NCBI GenBank assembly: GCA_032128875.1
Contig: JAVLKG010000010.1
Span: 32,001-96,000 of the forward strand
Source of the DNA: Candidatus Melainabacteria bacterium 17Bon1m
GTDB taxonomy: Bacteria > Cyanobacteriota > Vampirovibrionia > Obscuribacterales > Obscuribacteraceae
Length of the DNA stretch: 64,000 nt
Direction: 5' to 3'
Shown here: positions 50,502 through 59,719 of the stretch, piece after piece
How positions within the stretch are numbered: the stretch's first letter is position 1
Layout: each line of letters starts with the position of its first letter
Translations under genes and position numbers: made by a program
Notes under the pieces: generated by a model
What the model was told of the DNA's origin: nothing
Databases searched by the model: none
The model's input: the letters and a program-made list of their open reading frames with translations, nothing else

Positions 50502-51356
50502 TTGGAGCCTGAAGTGCCCAGAGACAGAATAAGTCTTCAAATTCTTTTCGACCGGTTACCGCAATTCAGCGAGCGCGACCTCGATGAAGCAGCAAAGAAT
50601 GTTTCTCACAATCCGCCGGATTTTCGTTATCAACTGCCAAAAGACACATCGGTTGCAGGAGAGGGCGCAGCGTCTTCCAATGCGCACAAAATTCGCATTA
50701 CCTTCAGCGATAAAAAACTCGAAGAGAGAGATTTAGCTCAAATTAGCGCGCACGTGCGTTTGGTCCCGGACACTGTTGCTGCGATCGAAAAACACACGGC
50801 TTATATTGAACTGTCGGTCGAGCCCAATCCTGCAAAACCGCTTGATGCCTATCAGGAGCTCACATTTCTTGCTTGCTTGATCGCTTTGAGAGATGGTTCG
50901 GCGATTACTAATATCAATGGATTTACAAGCTTCAGCGCGCCTGGGATGCTGCAATTGCTAGCTGACAATGATTGGTCGGATGCGATTCAGGAAATGCCTC
51001 CGCTGTTTTTATATTGTGGTCCAGTCTTGCATGAATTCGATAACAACACGAATTTGTGGATGCGCTCCTACGGAAGCCATTTGCTCGGTATTCCCGATCT
51101 GGGCACCATAATCCCAACAGAGATTATTCAAGAATACGTGCCAATGACGCTGCAAATCTTCGACAACATGATGTCTTACATGATTGAGTCTGGGAATGCA
51201 GTCGAGCCCGGCCACACGATGGAGACGGATTCGGTCACGATAAAACTCTTTGACCAACAGGCCGCGGATGATGAATATTTCTATCAAAGCCCTTCAGGCA
51301 TGTTGCGCGTTGAGTACACGCCTAAGCCAGGCTTCGTGATGCCCCGATTTGCATGA
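50502..51356 (+). CDS. Hypothetical protein, DUF4261-like
   Basis: WMRSYGSHLLGIPDL…YMIESG…PGHT pattern. Confidence 0.6.
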   Translation: MEPEVPRDRISLQILFDRLPQFSERDLDEAAKNVSHNPPDFRYQLPKDTSVAGEGAASSNAHKIRITFSDKKLEERDLAQISAHVRLVPDTVAAIEKHTAYIELSVEPNPAKPLDAYQELTFLACLIALRDGSAITNINGFTSFSAPGMLQLLADNDWSDAIQEMPPLFLYCGPVLHEFDNNTNLWMRSYGSHLLGIPDLGTIIPTEIIQEYVPMTLQIFDNMMSYMIESGNAVEPGHTMETDSVTIKLFDQQAADDEYFYQSPSGMLRVEYTPKPGFVMPRFA

Positions 51357-51832
51357 GCGCAGAATTTTTCAGAATAAAAAACGGTCTGGCGCAAAATCTG
51401 ATTTTGCTTTTGGCTGCAATCTGTATACAAGGATGCGGTGAGCAAAAGCATGATTCAAGAGCGGAAGACGGTCCTCAGCGACCGGCGCCCTCAGCAGCGG
51501 CTGCAGAGGATGCTTACAAGAAGCGGTCACTGGAATTTCCTGCCGATTTTCCTTTGCCGAAATATCCGAATTCCGAATTAGAAGCATCGCAGGTAAAACT
51601 GAGTGATAAACCTGCGCACACCGTGATATTGACGTCACGAGATGACGTGCCGACTGTCTCTCATTACTATTTCAAAGCACTGAAACAGGGCGGTTGGGAC
51701 ATCGGAAAAGTCATAAACAACAAAACCTATATGATGCTGACCGCGTCAAAAGATGGTCGAGAAGCCAACGTGATGGTTTCGGAAACCCGCACAGGTATAA
51801 CCGCGATTTCTCTTTACTCGAACAAGAAATAG
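51353..51832 (+). CDS. Putative lipoprotein
   Basis: Lipobox IQGC after a hydrophobic leader, and an FPADFPLPKYP motif. Confidence 0.75.
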   Translation: MSAEFFRIKNGLAQNLILLLAAICIQGCGEQKHDSRAEDGPQRPAPSAAAAEDAYKKRSLEFPADFPLPKYPNSELEASQVKLSDKPAHTVILTSRDDVPTVSHYYFKALKQGGWDIGKVINNKTYMMLTASKDGREANVMVSETRTGITAISLYSNKK

Positions 51833-52035
51833 AGAACGGATATACATCAAACATCCAAAACCCATACTGAATATTGCTCGATCCTGGTAAACCAAGCGCA
51901 TCAAATTGATCCGGCGCTTGTTAATCCATTTAATATGTCCAGGATGGCACCACCTGCGGTTCTTAAGTTTGCCAAGATACCCATTCTAAAATGTCCTTTG
52001 GGGTAGTTGTGCGTATGCCTAAACGCGGTAAACTA

Positions 52036-52250
52036 AATGCATCAACGGTGAGCAATCACTCAAACGAGTTGAGAGCTTTGAGCCGAGGGGCCATGCGGAA
52101 ACGCCAGGTTGGCGCTAACCAGAAACGGTAGCAAGGAGCCCGCATCACATGAAGGACTGACTGAAGTGTGGTGAAATACTGAGCCCTCGCAAAGGGCAGT
52201 CAGGTAGTAGCATGAATACCACCGCAGAGCAATCTGGGTGGTATTTTTGT
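52036..52250 (+). ncRNA. Unassigned structured RNA, copy 2, directly upstream of the TauE/SafE gene
   Basis: Paralog of 49752-49966. Its terminator ends ~30 nt before the CDS start. Confidence 0.75.
52215..52250 (+). terminator. Intrinsic terminator/attenuator of RNA copy 2
   Basis: aataccacc…ggtggtatt followed by a U-tract. Confidence 0.8.
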
Positions 52251-52277
52251 TTGTTCCGCTGAGATTCAGGGCTCACT

Positions 52278-53024
52278 TTGTTCGACTTCGTCCTTCAACT
52301 ACTTAGCTTTCTGGTTATCGCCCTGCTCTACTCCTCAGTCGGGCACGGCGGTGCGACAGGATATCTCGCGATTTTATCGCTGACCAAACTGCCGCCCAAT
52401 GAAATAGCCACGACGGCATTAGTCCTCAACGTGCTCACGGCAACAGTCTCGCTGTTGTTCTTTATCGAATCAAAACACTTCAAATTGAAGGTGTGCGCGC
52501 CACTTCTTGCAACTTCGATTCCAGCAGCTTTTGTTGGTGGAATGATTTCGCTGCACAAGGGCTATTTTCTGCTGCTCGCAGTCGTTCTTTTAGTGACTGC
52601 TTTGAAAATGTTTTACGACAGCTTTCACAAACCCGCTGAAGATTACGAAACCAAGCCGATCAATTATCCTCAAGCATTCGGAATTGGCGCGGGACTTGGA
52701 CTGCTCTCTGGAATGGCTGGTATCGGTGGTGGTGTCTTCCTAAGTCCAGTTCTTTTATTTTTGAACTGGACCACGGTTAAGCAAACTTCCGCAGCGGCAG
52801 CAATTTTCATCGTCTGTAATTCACTCTCTGGGCTGATCGGCAGGGCGGTGACAAACAGATTGGAGTTTGGGTCGATAATGCCGTATTTGGTGGCATCATT
52901 TATCGGAGCGATTGCCGGATCATTTCTTGGTTCGAAAAAACTTCAAAACAATATTCTGCGGCGTGCTTTAGCCGCAGTCCTCATTGTCGCAGTATTTAAG
53001 CTGCTTTTGCTGTTCTTCAAGTAA
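52278..53024 (+). CDS. TauE/SafE (TSUP) family sulfite-exporter-like membrane protein
   Basis: YSSVGHGGA, GIGGGVFLSP, about eight TM helices. Confidence 0.9.
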   Translation: MFDFVLQLLSFLVIALLYSSVGHGGATGYLAILSLTKLPPNEIATTALVLNVLTATVSLLFFIESKHFKLKVCAPLLATSIPAAFVGGMISLHKGYFLLLAVVLLVTALKMFYDSFHKPAEDYETKPINYPQAFGIGAGLGLLSGMAGIGGGVFLSPVLLFLNWTTVKQTSAAAAIFIVCNSLSGLIGRAVTNRLEFGSIMPYLVASFIGAIAGSFLGSKKLQNNILRRALAAVLIVAVFKLLLLFFK

Positions 53025-53069
53025 GACTAAAACCGTCGGCATCCTGCCGGCAAACGATGAAGATGCATA

Positions 53070-53420
53070 CTACTTCTTCAGCAGCAGCTCTATATAAGCT
53101 TCTTCGTTGAAGCCGACGACTATTGTCTTACCTTTACGGAACGTCGGCGCTCTTAAGTTGCCCGTTGGTCCCATCATCAGTGAGGCAATTTCGTCACTGT
53201 CCGCTTTCGCCTTCTTCAAATCGAGGCGAACAATCTTTTTGCCCTTCATCGAATAAAGCTCGTCGGCCTTCGCAGCCATTTCCAACGCAGCCGTTCTATC
53301 AATTTTGTTCTTCTTCGCATCAACGACAACATCCGCTGACACATGTTTGCGCCCAAGAAACTCATGGGCTTTCACGCAGGTCTGTCAGCCATTGCGGTAA
53401 TACAGCCACTCAATTGACAT
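53070..53420 (-). CDS. ArsC-like thioredoxin-fold selenoprotein (UxxC; in-frame TGA at 53385-53387)
   Basis: GGAGG RBS, then ATG…MSIEWLYYRNG-TGA-QTCVKA continuing in frame to GPTGNLRAPT…VVGF. Confidence 0.85.
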
Positions 53421-53648
53421 TTCACTAACCTCCGAAGTCGAAAAGCATTATCTCACCGGGCTCTCAAGGGGAAAAGGCAGGTCGCTTAAGGATAGCCAAA
53501 GTCTCAAACCGGGCGCCCGTGGGCGAGCGTTTGAAATCTCTGTTATTTTGCAGAATATGGGAATATCTTCTGGGGGCTCAAAGTCTCAGGAGCATTTATC
53601 AGAGGCACTAAAGGGAATCCCCAAAGACCAGTTTTAAGGAGCAGCTTC

Positions 53649-54455
53649 ATGCACTTCAATCTCACCCAATTTGCTAATCCAGGTAGCCCAAAACGGGCGA
53701 CCAGAGGGATTCGTAGCCTTCTTAAAGCTTCGGTACCAATCTGTCTATGCGCGACATTTGTCTTGGCAAATGCGGGTTGGGCGGCGGATGCCGCCTTTAA
53801 CGCAGCCGTGCAGACCTTTCACCAAGGCAAGTATGCAGCGGCTCTTGCGCAGTTTCAGGTAGTCGCTCAGAAATACCCTAACGACCCGCTGACCCGTTAC
53901 TACATGGGTCTGTGTTATCAGCACACAAATCAGGTCACGAACGCCCAAGCTATGTACACGTGGGTGGAGCAAAATGCTCGCAGCCCACAATTAAAGGCTC
54001 AGGCAAGAGCAGGGCTCGATTCTATGACGAAATACAGCCAAACCCGCAGTCATCGCGGCTCAGCGTCATCTGACCTGCCGCCCCTGCCGAGTGGCAAGCC
54101 TGACGACCCGAAAGCCCCGGCTGACCCGAAAGCTCCAAAAACTGCCGACGCAAAGAAAGAAGAAAAAGGTGCGTTGAAGTGCAAAAAGGTTATCCAATTT
54201 ACTTCTAGCTCGAGCAACGACCAGCGGACCCTTCAGTTGTTCGGACCATTTTGGGATTCTGCTCAGCAGAAGTTTCAAGGCAAGGTCGAGTTTCAGTTGG
54301 TTGACGTAGACAACGCCGGCTCAGAAGCTCTAGTTAAGAAGTACTCGCCGTCGACTTATCCACACCTAATCTATTTGGACAAAGACGGAAAAGTGCTAAA
54401 CAGCCAGGGCGGTGCTTCTGGCGACATCATCGGCACGATCGAAGGGTTTAAATAA
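53649..54455 (+). CDS. Exported protein with a TPR domain and a C-terminal thioredoxin-like domain lacking CxxC
   Basis: Signal peptide ending GWA, TPR, then KKVIQF…VEFQLVDVD…YPHLIYLDKDG. Confidence 0.75.
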   Translation: MHFNLTQFANPGSPKRATRGIRSLLKASVPICLCATFVLANAGWAADAAFNAAVQTFHQGKYAAALAQFQVVAQKYPNDPLTRYYMGLCYQHTNQVTNAQAMYTWVEQNARSPQLKAQARAGLDSMTKYSQTRSHRGSASSDLPPLPSGKPDDPKAPADPKAPKTADAKKEEKGALKCKKVIQFTSSSSNDQRTLQLFGPFWDSAQQKFQGKVEFQLVDVDNAGSEALVKKYSPSTYPHLIYLDKDGKVLNSQGGASGDIIGTIEGFK

Positions 54456-54459
54456 ACTT

Positions 54460-55146
54460 CTAAGTCTTCTCTGACAGAGCGTATGCAGCAATGCCGAACG
54501 CGACAGAAACGTTCAGTGATTCTTTCATGCCTTTCATTGGCAAGTCAGCGACGATATCGCTGAGCGCCAGCGCCTCTGCAGAGACACCAGAAACCTCATT
54601 ACCGACAACCAGGCAAAGCGGCCTGGAGATTTTTCCTTCAGCGAGTAACTTAGTAAGCGGCTGAGAGTTTTCTGTTTTCTCCAACGCAACAATGTTGAAG
54701 CCGCGCTCTTTTAGTTCTCTCAAAATCTCGATGCAACCAAAACGCCATTCCCAATTGACGGTGTTTTCCGCACCAAGACTGACTTTCTCAATCTCTTTGC
54801 GAGGTGGTGCGCCGGTAATTCCGCACATATAAATCTTGTCCATGCCTGCACCATCCGCGGTGCGGAAAATTGCGCCGACATTGAACAAACTGCGCACATC
54901 TTCCACGACGGCCACAAACTGTTCTACATAACCGTTGCCACTTTTAGCGCTGTCATTGATGTTGACGATGCCCATGCGCTTGCGCTTTTCCTGCTCTCTC
55001 TCGAGCGTGGCAAAAACAGCAGCCAAACGGGCGGTAATGTGGCGCCCACAAGCAGGACATGTGGTCTTCGTGCGCCCGGCAGGAAGGTCGGCGCTGAAGC
55101 GCTCGTGACATTCCGGGTAAGGGCAAAAGGTTTCCGTAAGCGGCAT
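54460..55146 (-). CDS. TrmH/SpoU-family RNA methyltransferase with an N-terminal Zn-ribbon
   Basis: NVGAIFRTAD, VGNE..G, ESLNVSVA. N-terminal CPYPEC…CPAC. Confidence 0.9.
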   Translation of the reverse strand: MPLTETFCPYPECHERFSADLPAGRTKTTCPACGRHITARLAAVFATLEREQEKRKRMGIVNINDSAKSGNGYVEQFVAVVEDVRSLFNVGAIFRTADGAGMDKIYMCGITGAPPRKEIEKVSLGAENTVNWEWRFGCIEILRELKERGFNIVALEKTENSQPLTKLLAEGKISRPLCLVVGNEVSGVSAEALALSDIVADLPMKGMKESLNVSVAFGIAAYALSEKT

Positions 55147-55392
55147 GATGGATAAAAACCAATGGACAAGCAAGATTTCTACCATCACGAGAGTACTCCG
55201 CACAATCACTTGACAAGCGGGCTTCCCTTAAATAGACGCTATTTCAGGCTCGAAAACAACACCAAGAGCCGAGTCCGCGCTAGACTATTGGACCTGTATT
55301 TAAGTTTCACCGCCCGCGAGGCGTGAAGCTCATGGCTCGTCAAGAACGGGCTGAGTTTGGGTGAACGAGCGGCAATTGCCGAAGGCAGGTAG

Positions 55393-57222
55393 GTGCGTAA
55401 TATGAAAGTCGTAGAAAAGTCCAAGGCTACCAAACAAGGGCAGGAGACTGATACGCAAGCGAAAGGGCAGGGTCAAAAAGTGCCACGCGGAGAACGCAAA
55501 GAAATTTTGAAGAAGTTTCCAGTGAAAGTAAATCTGGAAAACTACGAGGAAGCCTACAGAACGTTTGAGTGGGAAGACGCGAAGAAGGAAATTTCCTACT
55601 TCTCCGGCGGTAAAGTCAACGCTGCATACAACGCAATCGATCGCCACCTGCATGATGGCCGCCGCAACAAGGTCGCGCTCTACGCAATCGACGCTAAAGA
55701 AAATCTGACGAAATATACCTTCCAAGAAATCTATGAGGCCTCAAACAAGATTGGCAACGCACTCAAAGAATTGGGAGTTAAGAAGGGCGATCGCGTCTTC
55801 GTCTTCTTGCCTCGCGTGCCAGAACTTTATACAGCCACCACCGCCATCGCCAAAATCGGCGCCATTGCAGGACCTCTCTTTTCCGCATTCGGACCGGATG
55901 CGCTGAGAGATAGACTGCTCGACAGCGAAGCGAAGATAGTCATCACAAATCCGCAGCTCAAGCCGAAGCTCGATGAGATTAAGGCGAGCTTGCCCAACTT
56001 GGAATACACCATCATCGTCGGCGCCGACGAATCGAAGTTGAAGCCGGGTGAATTGAGCTACGAAGCAATCATTAAGGACGCTTCCGACAAGCTCGAATGC
56101 GAGCAAATGGACCCGGAAGATCCGCTCTACCTCCTTTATACATCGGGCACCACTGGCAAAGCCAAAGGCATTGTCCACGTGCACAACGACATCATCGGGC
56201 ACCACATGACCTCGAAGTGGGTTCTCGACTTGCGCGATGACGACATCTACTGGTGCACAGCCGATCCAGGCTGGGTCACAGGCACCGTATATGGTATCTT
56301 CGGACCCTGGTCGCTCGGCGCATCCGTCGTCAGTTATGAAGGACGTTTTGACGCGCATCACTGGTATTCGGTGATCGAGCGCATGAAAGTGACCGTTTGG
56401 TACACCGCGCCCACAGCGCTGCGCATGCTCATGAAAGCTGGCGATGACGCCGTCTACGATCACGACTTGGACAGTCTGCGTCATATCTTGAGCGTTGGCG
56501 AACCACTCAACGCTGAGGTAGTTCGCTGGGGCATGAAAGTTTATGGGCTGCCGATTCACGACAACTGGTGGCAGACCGAAACAGGTATGCAACTAATCGT
56601 CAATTTGCCCTGCAATCCGATTAAGCCGGGTTCTATGGGCAAGCCGATTCCAGGAGTCTATGCGGCGTGCGTAGACGATGATGGAGAAGAAGTCGCACCT
56701 GGCAAACTTGGCAAACTCGTAGTCAAACCAGGCTGGCCAAACATGCTCCGCCAAGTGTGGCGCAACCAAGAAAAATTCAAAGAGTACTTCAAAATCCCCG
56801 GATGGTATTACTCCGGCGATAACGCATGGAAGGACACCGACGGCTACTTCTGGTTCGTTGGACGCTTGGATGACGTCATCAACACCGCCGGACACAGAGT
56901 TGGACCATTCGAAGTCGAATCCGCACTCGTCGAGCACGAAGCAGTTGCGGAAGCCGGCGTCATTGGCAAACCAGACAACGAACGCGGCGAAATCATCAAA
57001 GCATTTATCGTTCTGAAGAACGGCTACAGTGAATCTGACGAATTGTTGGAATCAATCAAAGAGCACACCAAGCGCCAATTGGCAGCACATGCCTACCCGA
57101 GAGAAATCGAGGTAAAGGACTCACTGCCCAAGACTCGCTCCGGCAAAATCATGCGTCGCGTGTTGAAAGCCAGAGAGCTGGGCTTGCCCACCGGCGACCT
57201 GTCCTCGCTGGAAGAAGACTAA
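55393..57222 (+). CDS. acs: Acetate--CoA ligase (acetyl-CoA synthetase)
   Basis: YTSGTTGKAKG, WCTADPGWVTG, SVGEPLN, DNWWQTETG, LPKTRSGKIMRR. Confidence 0.95.
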   Translation: MRNMKVVEKSKATKQGQETDTQAKGQGQKVPRGERKEILKKFPVKVNLENYEEAYRTFEWEDAKKEISYFSGGKVNAAYNAIDRHLHDGRRNKVALYAIDAKENLTKYTFQEIYEASNKIGNALKELGVKKGDRVFVFLPRVPELYTATTAIAKIGAIAGPLFSAFGPDALRDRLLDSEAKIVITNPQLKPKLDEIKASLPNLEYTIIVGADESKLKPGELSYEAIIKDASDKLECEQMDPEDPLYLLYTSGTTGKAKGIVHVHNDIIGHHMTSKWVLDLRDDDIYWCTADPGWVTGTVYGIFGPWSLGASVVSYEGRFDAHHWYSVIERMKVTVWYTAPTALRMLMKAGDDAVYDHDLDSLRHILSVGEPLNAEVVRWGMKVYGLPIHDNWWQTETGMQLIVNLPCNPIKPGSMGKPIPGVYAACVDDDGEEVAPGKLGKLVVKPGWPNMLRQVWRNQEKFKEYFKIPGWYYSGDNAWKDTDGYFWFVGRLDDVINTAGHRVGPFEVESALVEHEAVAEAGVIGKPDNERGEIIKAFIVLKNGYSESDELLESIKEHTKRQLAAHAYPREIEVKDSLPKTRSGKIMRRVLKARELGLPTGDLSSLEED

Positions 57223-57263
57223 AAGCTGTACGGATTGGCTTTATGCCAATCCCTGTGGAAAGG

Positions 57264-57293
57264 AAAAGGCGGTACTTAGGTGCCGCCTTTTTT
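57264..57293 (+). terminator. Intrinsic terminator after acs
   Basis: aaaaggcggtac-ttag-gtgccgcctttttt. Confidence 0.85.
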
Positions 57294-57611
57294 CGTGCTT
57301 GCCCAAATGGATTTCTCAACTTTAATATAGAAGATGCATATACACAAAGCCGAAAACCCGCTCACTATCAGACCAACTAAGACCTATATCATTGCTAAGC
57401 TCGGCACAACCGGCTCGCGATCCACTATTCTATAAATAGGGAAATTTACGGATTAGCTAGAAAACCCGCTGCAGCCGGCACCGGGCAGCAATCTATCCAA
57501 TTGCATACCAATGGATATCGAAAAAATATATCCACAGGGATGTGAATTGAACTTTTTTGCGTCTTGCGACGTATTAATCATTAGAGACTGGAAACAGGCG
57601 GATAGGAAATC

Positions 57612-58985
57612 ATGAGCAACGACTACTCAATGGGAGACGCAACGCTAGAGCGTTTGCCACCGCAGTCAATTGAAGCGGAGCAGGCGGTCCTTGGCTCCAT
57701 TATGATTTCTCCGGACGGCATTACGCGCGTTGTAGACGTACTGCAACCGGAGTTTTTCTACAGAAAGTCACACCAGGTCATCTATGCGGCAATGCTCGAT
57801 TTGTACGAGAAGAGCGAGCCTATTGATCTGGTCACCGTTTCCCAATATTTGAAAGACGAGGACAAACTCGACCACGTCGGCGGACGTCAATACATCACCG
57901 ACTTAGGCTTGGCAGTTGCAACAACAGCCAACATGGAATACTACGCGAAGACCGTTGAAGAGAAAGCTTTGCTCAGACAATTGATCAAAGCGGGCACGGA
58001 AATTGTGCAAGGCGCGTATGAAGAAACAGATGCGAGCGTCGCAGTAGACAAAGCGGAGCACCTCATTTTCGGTCTTGCAGAAAGACGAAATCTCCAGCAG
58101 TTAGTACACATCAAGCACGTCGTCGAATCTTCATTTCAAAAGATCGAGCAACGGTATGAGCAGCGCGACGCATTGTCCGGCGCACCTTCAGGTTTCTATG
58201 ACCTCGATGCTATGACGTCCGGATTTAACCCTTCCGACTTGGTCATCATCGCGGCTCGCCCCTCCATGGGTAAAACAGCGTTCGTTCTCAACATCGGGCA
58301 GTACGTGGCACAGGAAGCTAATCTTCCGGTCGCTATCTTCAGTCTTGAAATGTCGCGCGAACAGCTCGTAATGAGAATGCTGTGCGCGGAAGCAGGCATC
58401 GACGCTAACAGATTGCGCTCCGGTCACCTGCATACGAATGACTGGACTCAACTCGCACTCGCAATGGGTAGACTCGGCGAAGCGCCGCTCTTCATCGACG
58501 ACTCCGCGATGGTCACAGCCAACGAAATCCGCGCAAAATGCCGCCGCCTGAAATCAGAGTGCAAAGGCATCGGCATGATAATCATCGACTACATCCAGTT
58601 GATGCAGGGTAGAAAAGCAACCGACAACCGTCAACAGGAAGTATCGGAAATCTCGCGTTCGCTCAAGCAGCTTGCTCGTGAATTGAGTTGCCCGGTGCTA
58701 GCACTGTCTCAGCTTTCACGCGCCGTAGAAGCTCGCCAAAACAAGCGCCCGATGCTTTCAGACTTGAGAGAATCGGGATCCATCGAGCAAGATGCGGACC
58801 TTGTGATGTTTATATACCGGGATGAATACTACAACCCGGAATCAGATAAGCGCGGCGAAGCAGAAATTATCATTGCAAAACAAAGAAACGGCCCGGTCGG
58901 CACTGTGGACCTGCTCTATCAATCGAGCGTAACAAAGTTCTTAAACAAGGTGCACAATCAATTCACACCAGCGTATGAAGGTTAG
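57612..58985 (+). CDS. dnaB: Replicative DNA helicase (no intein)
   Basis: PPQSIEAEQAVLG, AARPSMGKT, FSLEM, DYIQL, SQLSR, DLRESGSIEQDAD, KQRNGP. Confidence 0.98.
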   Translation: MSNDYSMGDATLERLPPQSIEAEQAVLGSIMISPDGITRVVDVLQPEFFYRKSHQVIYAAMLDLYEKSEPIDLVTVSQYLKDEDKLDHVGGRQYITDLGLAVATTANMEYYAKTVEEKALLRQLIKAGTEIVQGAYEETDASVAVDKAEHLIFGLAERRNLQQLVHIKHVVESSFQKIEQRYEQRDALSGAPSGFYDLDAMTSGFNPSDLVIIAARPSMGKTAFVLNIGQYVAQEANLPVAIFSLEMSREQLVMRMLCAEAGIDANRLRSGHLHTNDWTQLALAMGRLGEAPLFIDDSAMVTANEIRAKCRRLKSECKGIGMIIIDYIQLMQGRKATDNRQQEVSEISRSLKQLARELSCPVLALSQLSRAVEARQNKRPMLSDLRESGSIEQDADLVMFIYRDEYYNPESDKRGEAEIIIAKQRNGPVGTVDLLYQSSVTKFLNKVHNQFTPAYEG

Positions 58986-59700
58986 CTACTTCAAGTTCGC
59001 ACGACCTTTAGTCCTAATCGTTTTGGCTTGCCTTCCAACGCAGGCCAAAAGCTATAGCGACGAAATTAGAAAAGCCGATATTGTTTTGTCTATCAAGGAT
59101 GCGAATTCCCTTGATGTAGGAATTGGTTGTATTAGGAATGGAAAGAGAGAGCCGTTGTACTTTTCACAGGAATTCTTACGAGGCTTCCTTCGACGAGAGC
59201 GGCAAAAGGACCTGATTCTGGTTTGTCAGCGAAAGCATGGATTGCTGAACGAATCGCTCAAGAAACTGATAAGAGCCGTGGGTTTTAGAAGAATCGTCAC
59301 TTGCGACTTGAAGGCGGATGATGTTTACGCAGCCAGAAGACGAATGACAAAAGCGAAAAGCGAAAACGCCAGTATAGCCAAGTATAGTGGACTACGAGAA
59401 CTAGAGTGCGTCGCTACGGCGGATCAACTCACAATGAATATTGGAATGGAAATCAAATGTCCAAATAGTGATGTTCGTACGCAAGTTGTTTCGGATTCAA
59501 TGTTTACACGAGAAGAATTGCTTCCCTTTCTCCAACAGGATGTTAAAAGGCAATCGCTCGCAATAACCTTGCCAAAAAACTTCTCGAAAATTGAAGAAGA
59601 AAAAATAAGAACATTTGTGGCAGAGTCCAACTTTCCGCACTTTGAGATCGAACGTTCACGGGGATTTTTCAAAGGAATACCAATCCCCTTTGGTCCTTAG
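58975..59700 (+). CDS. Hypothetical exported protein
   Basis: Signal-like N-terminus, overlaps the dnaB stop, possible internal two-fold repeat. Confidence 0.55.
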   Translation: MKVSYFKFARPLVLIVLACLPTQAKSYSDEIRKADIVLSIKDANSLDVGIGCIRNGKREPLYFSQEFLRGFLRRERQKDLILVCQRKHGLLNESLKKLIRAVGFRRIVTCDLKADDVYAARRRMTKAKSENASIAKYSGLRELECVATADQLTMNIGMEIKCPNSDVRTQVVSDSMFTREELLPFLQQDVKRQSLAITLPKNFSKIEEEKIRTFVAESNFPHFEIERSRGFFKGIPIPFGP

Positions 59701-59719
59701 AAGATTCGACAAATCGAAA

